Assembly: GCA_038064195.1 (NCBI GenBank) | Contig: JBBTTO010000002.1 | Coordinates: 630,615 to 694,614, forward strand | Origin: Patescibacteria group bacterium | GTDB taxonomy: Bacteria; Patescibacteriota; Microgenomatia; Levybacterales; UBA12049 | Length of the DNA stretch: 64,000 nt | Direction: 5' to 3' | In this document: positions 59,069 to 64,000 of the stretch, in pieces | Numbering within the stretch: position 1 is the first letter of the stretch | Layout of the letters: each line of letters starts with the position of its first letter | Program-made: the position numbers and the translations under genes | The notes under the pieces: model-generated | Seen by the model: only the letters and a program-made list of their open reading frames with translations | Databases searched by the model: none | What the model was told of the DNA's origin: nothing

Positions 59069-59184
59069 GGGGATTCGAACGGCCGGACTGAACGAGGAAG
59101 TCTCCTGACTGACGAAGTGAGGGAGGCGGGGTCGCGGGGATCGCGAAGCGATAACCTGTGACTCGAATCCTTGACTGCCTACCA
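59069..59184 (+). other. tRNA-linked structured element
   Basis: GGATTCGA pairs with TCGAATCC, internal hairpins, ends in degenerate tRNA 3' end ...GCCTACCA. Confidence 0.55.
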
Positions 59185-59286
59185 GCCAATTCCCAGACGC
59201 GCTAAGCTTCTCAACATCCTTAATTGACAAAAAAAGGTGTTCGATATACTATTGTAAAGGAATAGTGAACCTAGTGCTTTTAAATT

Positions 59287-60279
59287 GTGATTCATCGTTT
59301 TTATAAATATCTTCTCAGTAACCAAGTAATTTTTGCTTTGTTCTTGGTTATTTTTGGCTGGCTACTCTTCCAAACCCGAGGGATTATTACCTCAATTTTT
59401 ATTGCCTATATTATTAACGCTGCGTTGCTTCCGGTTGTACGATATCTTAGGAAGAAAGGCGTGCCACATTTCTTATCTGTTTTTATCCCATTTATTGCCA
59501 TCATTATTGTTATTTTCATGATTATATTTCCCTTAATTCCTTTTATTGTTGACCAAATTAAAGCACTTTTGGCGGGGCTTCCCGGGTATGTCAAACAGGC
59601 AGCTGATATATCCGGCTTATCAGTTGATGCTAATCAAATTCAATCTTATGTTTCTCGAGAAATAGGATCTATTGGCAGTAATGCTTTTAGCGTTACCAGT
59701 AAAGTCTTCGGAGGCTTGTTCTCAACCTTAACAGTCTTGGTGGTTAGCTTTTATTTGATTTTGTACCATGACCGCTTTAAACAAAATATCGCTCAACTAT
59801 TTCATAAAGATGAACGGGAAAGAGTCGTTAACACCTTAAGTCTAGTTGATGACAAATTAGGAGCATGGTTATCAGGTCAAATTGTACTCTCGCTTTTTAT
59901 CGGTATTATTACCTGGATTGCCTTAAGTGCTATTGGGCTGCCATACGCTGTACCACTGGCTATCTTAGCGGGAATTTTGGAGATTGTCCCAACGATTGGA
60001 CCGATTATTTCAGCTATTCCAGCAATTGTTGTTGCCTTGACGGTTTCACCCCCTTTAGCAATTATCGTCGCTCTCATCTACTTTGGAATTCAAATGATAG
60101 AAAATAATCTACTAGTTCCAAAAATTATGCAGCGAGCAGTCGGCTTAAATCCGGTGATTGTTATCCTCGCTGTTATGATTGGGGCCAACTTAATGGGTGT
60201 TATCGGGGCTTTATTGGCAGTACCATTTGTCTCCTTTATTATGGTGTTATTTAGGAGCCTGGCTGAAGACACAAATTAA
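59287..60279 (+). CDS. AI-2E family transporter
   Basis: Multi-TM, VPTIGP, QMIENNLLVPKIM, GALLAVP. Confidence 0.92.
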   Translation: MIHRFYKYLLSNQVIFALFLVIFGWLLFQTRGIITSIFIAYIINAALLPVVRYLRKKGVPHFLSVFIPFIAIIIVIFMIIFPLIPFIVDQIKALLAGLPGYVKQAADISGLSVDANQIQSYVSREIGSIGSNAFSVTSKVFGGLFSTLTVLVVSFYLILYHDRFKQNIAQLFHKDERERVVNTLSLVDDKLGAWLSGQIVLSLFIGIITWIALSAIGLPYAVPLAILAGILEIVPTIGPIISAIPAIVVALTVSPPLAIIVALIYFGIQMIENNLLVPKIMQRAVGLNPVIVILAVMIGANLMGVIGALLAVPFVSFIMVLFRSLAEDTN

Positions 60280-60304
60280 TATTCTATATCCTTCAAAAAA
60301 TAAG

Positions 60305-60895
60305 CTATTTCTTCTCAGCAATAATAAGCGTCCAGGGAATTGGATGAAGCGCTTTCCTGATTTTCAATTTCTTGCCAACGAATTTTTCAAACTGTAAAAA
60401 TGTCCAGTGATTGATATGCTCAATATCGTTACCAAAGCGGGAAATATTTTTACCCCTTAATAAATTTCCTAACATAAAAAATGGCTCATTAGGCACAGAC
60501 AGGACACAGTATTTTTTAGTCACTCGCACAAGCTCTGCCAGACCTTTCTCCGGATCATCGATGTGTTCAAGCACTTCACTGCAGATGACCACGTCAAATG
60601 AATCAGCCTTATATTGCAGGTCATAAATGCTGCCCTGCTTAAGCGTAAGCTTTGGATGTTCTTTTTTGCCTAATTTGATTGCTAAGTCAAGGAAATCAAC
60701 TCCCTCTAAGTGAGTACCGATCTTCGCTTTACGAAGTTTTTCCAGTGTAAAGCCCTCGCCACAACCTACGTCTAAAATACTTTGCGGATTAAGAACTCGT
60801 ATCTCTTTAAGAAGATTCGCTTCGAAGTTATTGAGTAGTTTTTGCTGCAGTGTACTTGAACTTTTGTGCTTTCTATAATTATCAGTTGTATTCAT
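60305..60895 (-). CDS. Class I SAM-dependent methyltransferase
   Basis: ILDVGCGEG, FDVVICSEVLEH. Confidence 0.9.
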   Translation of the reverse strand: MNTTDNYRKHKSSSTLQQKLLNNFEANLLKEIRVLNPQSILDVGCGEGFTLEKLRKAKIGTHLEGVDFLDLAIKLGKKEHPKLTLKQGSIYDLQYKADSFDVVICSEVLEHIDDPEKGLAELVRVTKKYCVLSVPNEPFFMLGNLLRGKNISRFGNDIEHINHWTFLQFEKFVGKKLKIRKALHPIPWTLIIAEKK

Positions 60896-60932
60896 AATTA
60901 GGTATTTATTTTAACAGGTAGGGGAAAGTGCA

Positions 60933-61652
60933 TCAAGAATGAGCTTGTGTGTTATTAGAATTAGTACACACATGAAAAACAGTCGGTTTATGAGTTAAGA
61001 CTTTATCGGAAGGTACTATTTTATTTTCGACTACAAAATTAATACTTTCATTCTTTGCTTGCTCTACCAAAACCTCACGTAAGATTTGTATAACTTGCGG
61101 ATTAAATACCTGCCCAGCCTTATGGACGTTTACGTAAGTGTTCTCACCAGTTAAGACAAAGTATCCATTTGGATCTATGTCAAAGGCAGCTCCAGCAAGA
61201 TGACTACTTTCGCGAGGTGGGGCTGCAAAATACGCCCCTTCTCCTGTAGTTAAAGATGTCTGTAGCTTTTCAGTTCGATACAGACTGGTAATCGCGAGAC
61301 GAATAGTATCAGGATTAAGTCCATATTCTTTCATTTTTTGTGCCCAGAGAAGTGAAATTTCTTCCATCTTTGAAAGCGCTTCAGGTCGCAACTCATCTGG
61401 TTCAGGCTCAAGACCTTTGTCATCTGCTTTTCTTAGTCGCCATATCAACTGATAGTAACTACCTTCATGGGGAACCTTTACAAATGTATTTTCAGGAACT
61501 GATTCTTGGTGTAAGTAACGCTGGTCAGATGGGTACCACTGTCTTTCACGAGCGGTTTCTTTCATAACTCGAAGATATTCTTGATCCCTTGCGTCATTGA
61601 TCTCTTTGACAACCGGAGCAACGGATTGAAAAATTTCTGCGTTATTGTCCAA
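60933..61652 (-). CDS. Hypothetical M15-like metallopeptidase (DUF5715-like)
   Basis: TSLYRT...Q, SSHLAGAAFDI, FH motifs; TTG start uncertain. Confidence 0.6.
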   Translation of the reverse strand: MDNNAEIFQSVAPVVKEINDARDQEYLRVMKETARERQWYPSDQRYLHQESVPENTFVKVPHEGSYYQLIWRLRKADDKGLEPEPDELRPEALSKMEEISLLWAQKMKEYGLNPDTIRLAITSLYRTEKLQTSLTTGEGAYFAAPPRESSHLAGAAFDIDPNGYFVLTGENTYVNVHKAGQVFNPQVIQILREVLVEQAKNESINFVVENKIVPSDKVLTHKPTVFHVCTNSNNTQAHS

Positions 61653-61681
61653 AATAAAATAGGTTAGTAAGTCTAGTTATG

Positions 61682-61752
61682 AGCGGGTGAAGGGAATCGA
61701 ACCCTCGTATCAACTTTGGAAAAGTTGTGTTCTACCATTGAACTACACCCGC
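61682..61752 (-). tRNA. tRNA-Gly(TCC)
   Basis: GCGGGTG...CACCCGC-T, anticodon arm CAACT-TTTCCAA-AGTTG. Confidence 0.93.
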
Positions 61753-61983
61753 TAAATGGAACAAACCTCACGGTTGTCTTAACACTTGTCAAGCAAGTGG
61801 ACTCCTTTCAGTCCGTCCCAACGATTTCCCTTTGAGGATAGCAAAATCGACACACGTAAATCAACGATTTTGCTGTTTTTGAAACCTGCTAAAGTCGTCA
61901 GCTTTAAACAATCTCACTGAGTATTATAACATTTTTGTAGCTGAAAATGTCATGAATTTGCCTAAAAGAGGTATAATAAGAGC

Positions 61984-62685
61984 ATGAACATATCTAAATG
62001 GTTTTTTATTCCGCATTCTATCAAACGTAAAGTTTTGCAGCTTTTCCGTTATCAGATACAACCTTTTATGTATGTGGCACTGGGGGACAGTACGGCTGAG
62101 GGGATGGGGGCAAGTAGTCATGACAAAGCATACACCAGTATAATTCACTCATCACTCAAAGAGAGGTATCGCAAGGCAAAATACCATAACTTTGCCAAAA
62201 GTGGAGCAATTCTTAACGACGTCATACACCATCAACTCCCAAGAGCTCTGGCAATAAATCCCAGCCTTATTACTATTTCAGTAGGCGCTAACGACATCAT
62301 CAGACGAACTAAGCCTGAGGAATTTGAAGAAAATCTCTACGAATTACTCAAGACTCTTCAGCAAAAAACAGATGCCACTATCGTTATCTCGACTATCCCT
62401 GATCTCTCACTTACTCCTGCAGTACCGAAGCTACTCAAAACATACAGCCGTTATAAGGCAGGAAAGTTGAATACTATTATCAATAGGGTAGGAAAAGACA
62501 CCAATACCATAACTGTTGATATGTTTGAGGATAGCAGGGCAGTCTTACGGGCTTTTCCTGATGCTATAGCCAGTGACGGCTTCCATCCTTCAGACTTCGG
62601 TTATGCTTTATGGGCAAATACTATTTTGGTAACACTTCATAATGTCCTGGCCCCTGTACCGGAGGAGCCCAAACCGGACGCTTAA
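61984..62685 (+). CDS. SGNH/GDSL hydrolase
   Basis: ALGDS, SGA, GAND, DGFHPS blocks. Confidence 0.92.
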   Translation: MNISKWFFIPHSIKRKVLQLFRYQIQPFMYVALGDSTAEGMGASSHDKAYTSIIHSSLKERYRKAKYHNFAKSGAILNDVIHHQLPRALAINPSLITISVGANDIIRRTKPEEFEENLYELLKTLQQKTDATIVISTIPDLSLTPAVPKLLKTYSRYKAGKLNTIINRVGKDTNTITVDMFEDSRAVLRAFPDAIASDGFHPSDFGYALWANTILVTLHNVLAPVPEEPKPDA

Positions 62686-62734
62686 ATGGAGCCTGTAAGT
62701 TTGAGGGACGATCGATTATACTTAGGGTAGATTC

Positions 62735-64000
62735 ATGAGACGACTACTCAACTTACTAATTTTTCTCCTTTCGGTTTCGTTTTCCCTCCTTACCACAAAT
62801 CAAACAGTTTTCGCGGACTCATCAGTCTCTGTTTTACCAGCTATTACAGTCATTAATATGATCCGGGGTAATGCTCTCGGACGGGAGCGGGTAGATTTAC
62901 TACCACGTCTTCAGGCTCAATGGCAGGATACAAAAGAACATAACATCCAGGCCACCTGGCTCTGGCAGTACGACGCGCTGACCAATCAGAGGCTTACAGA
63001 TTTCGCTAAAACCAATCTTAAAAATCAGGAATTCGGCCTTTTTCTCGAAGTTGACCGGAATCTCACGCAAAAGGCCGGAGTCCTGTATCGGGGTCGGGGA
63101 CCGTGGTATTTCTCAGACGGCTTATTTACTTTCTCATACGATCCCCTTGAAAGAAAACGACTGATCGATACTATATTTGCTCAGTTCAAAACGACATTTG
63201 GCTACTATCCGACAACAGTCGGGGCATGGTGGGTAGATGCAAATGCTCTGAGCTATATGCAGCAAAAATACGGCATTACCGCCTCCTTACGAGCTGCCGA
63301 TCAATACAATTTGGATGTTTATTCGATCTGGGGAACCCTCTGGAGCATTCCCTACCTTGCGTCCATTGATAATGCCGGCATACCTGCCGCAAATCTAACT
63401 ACCAGCTCAAAGGTAGTTATCATGCAATGGGCACCCAGGGATCCGCTGAGAGGGTATGGCTCATTACCTGCTAATGGTACCTATAGCCTGGAGGATTATG
63501 AGCTGAAAAAATATGATAATTCTTACTTTAACTACCTTACCGATATTTATCTTAAAAAGCCGTTGGATCAAGTGGTCATAGGCCTTGAGAACGACCGAGA
63601 TGAGACAACTTTTACTCAGGGAGGTCACTACAATAATCTTCTTGAGGCTGCCACGGCTTTACGTGAAAGCGGCAAAGTAAGTATTAGTCTAGCAAAAGAT
63701 TATGCTCAGGCTTTTTTAGCCAGTAAAAAACTTTTACCCCCCACAAATTATTTCCTCACTACAGATTATAAGGAGGAGGATCAGGCTTTTTGGTATAACA
63801 GTCCAAATTATCGTATCGGGATACAAAAAATCGGGGAGACTATCTCTGTTGTCGACTATCGGGATTATACAAACAAAGCAAAAGAAGATTTTTCTCTCCT
63901 GCCTAATTCTTCGGGAACGCTACGCATTTATACACCGGCAATTATTGACTCTTCTGCTTTCCCTCTGCAAAAAAGAATGTTGGCAACAAGTAAAGAGCCT
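62735..64000 (+). CDS. Secreted protein, possibly deacetylase/glycoside hydrolase-like (partial)
   Basis: ATG 62735, signal peptide MRRLLNLLIFLL..., ATWLWQYDAL, FGYYPTTVGAWW; appears open to the window end. Confidence 0.65.
   Translation, partial: MRRLLNLLIFLLSVSFSLLTTNQTVFADSSVSVLPAITVINMIRGNALGRERVDLLPRLQAQWQDTKEHNIQATWLWQYDALTNQRLTDFAKTNLKNQEFGLFLEVDRNLTQKAGVLYRGRGPWYFSDGLFTFSYDPLERKRLIDTIFAQFKTTFGYYPTTVGAWWVDANALSYMQQKYGITASLRAADQYNLDVYSIWGTLWSIPYLASIDNAGIPAANLTTSSKVVIMQWAPRDPLRGYGSLPANGTYSLEDYELKKYDNSYFNYLTDIYLKKPLDQVVIGLENDRDETTFTQGGHYNNLLEAATALRESGKVSISLAKDYAQAFLASKKLLPPTNYFLTTDYKEEDQAFWYNSPNYRIGIQKIGETISVVDYRDYTNKAKEDFSLLPNSSGTLRIYTPAIIDSSAFPLQKRMLATSKEP

Noticed and set aside
59108-59140. 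CTGACGA as a hammerhead ribozyme core
   Set aside because: No stem II followed by GAAA and no matching cleavage-site helices
60939-61684. Possible cassette at tRNA-Gly(TCC) bounded by ATGAGC
   Set aside because: 6-bp match lies inside the cargo ORF end, the +22 motif is only GTAC and there is no convincing tail frame; too weak
972-62148. Many short antisense or alternate-frame ORFs in the ORF track
   Set aside because: Nested within well-supported genes with no motifs or start signals

Overview
Chromosomal segment of a small-genome bacterium using standard code 11. Gene content and style (lemA-htpX, PolX-PHP, short UvrC, PGI/PMI, many orphan ORFs, mostly CCA-less tRNAs) suggest Patescibacteria/CPR, Microgenomates-like; this is inference. 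The core holds DNA repair genes (uvrA, uvrB, uvrC, polX, rnhB, holA, two lexA paralogues, a lexA2-orf-dinB cassette with its own candidate operators), carbon metabolism genes (pyk, eno, ppsA, acsA, pgi/pmi, manB), pyrG, rplS, secG, dusB and nine tRNA genes. The main unexplained structure is a set of recombinase-less mini-cassettes at tRNA 3' ends (two in tandem at tRNA-His, one each at tRNA-Lys and tRNA-Glu). Each ends in a 4-7 bp copy of the tRNA 3' end. A T-loop-like motif follows, shifted by exactly 5 bp, as expected for serine-integrase attP versus attB half-sites. An orphan 30-49 codon reading frame starts at each junction. Other notable signals are three small GIY-YIG nucleases at tRNA loci (one bracketed by a duplicated tRNA 5' end), palindromic repeats inserted in-frame in acsA, uvrC and dusB, and widespread leaderless promoters. 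All calls come from reading the sequence; no database search was run.
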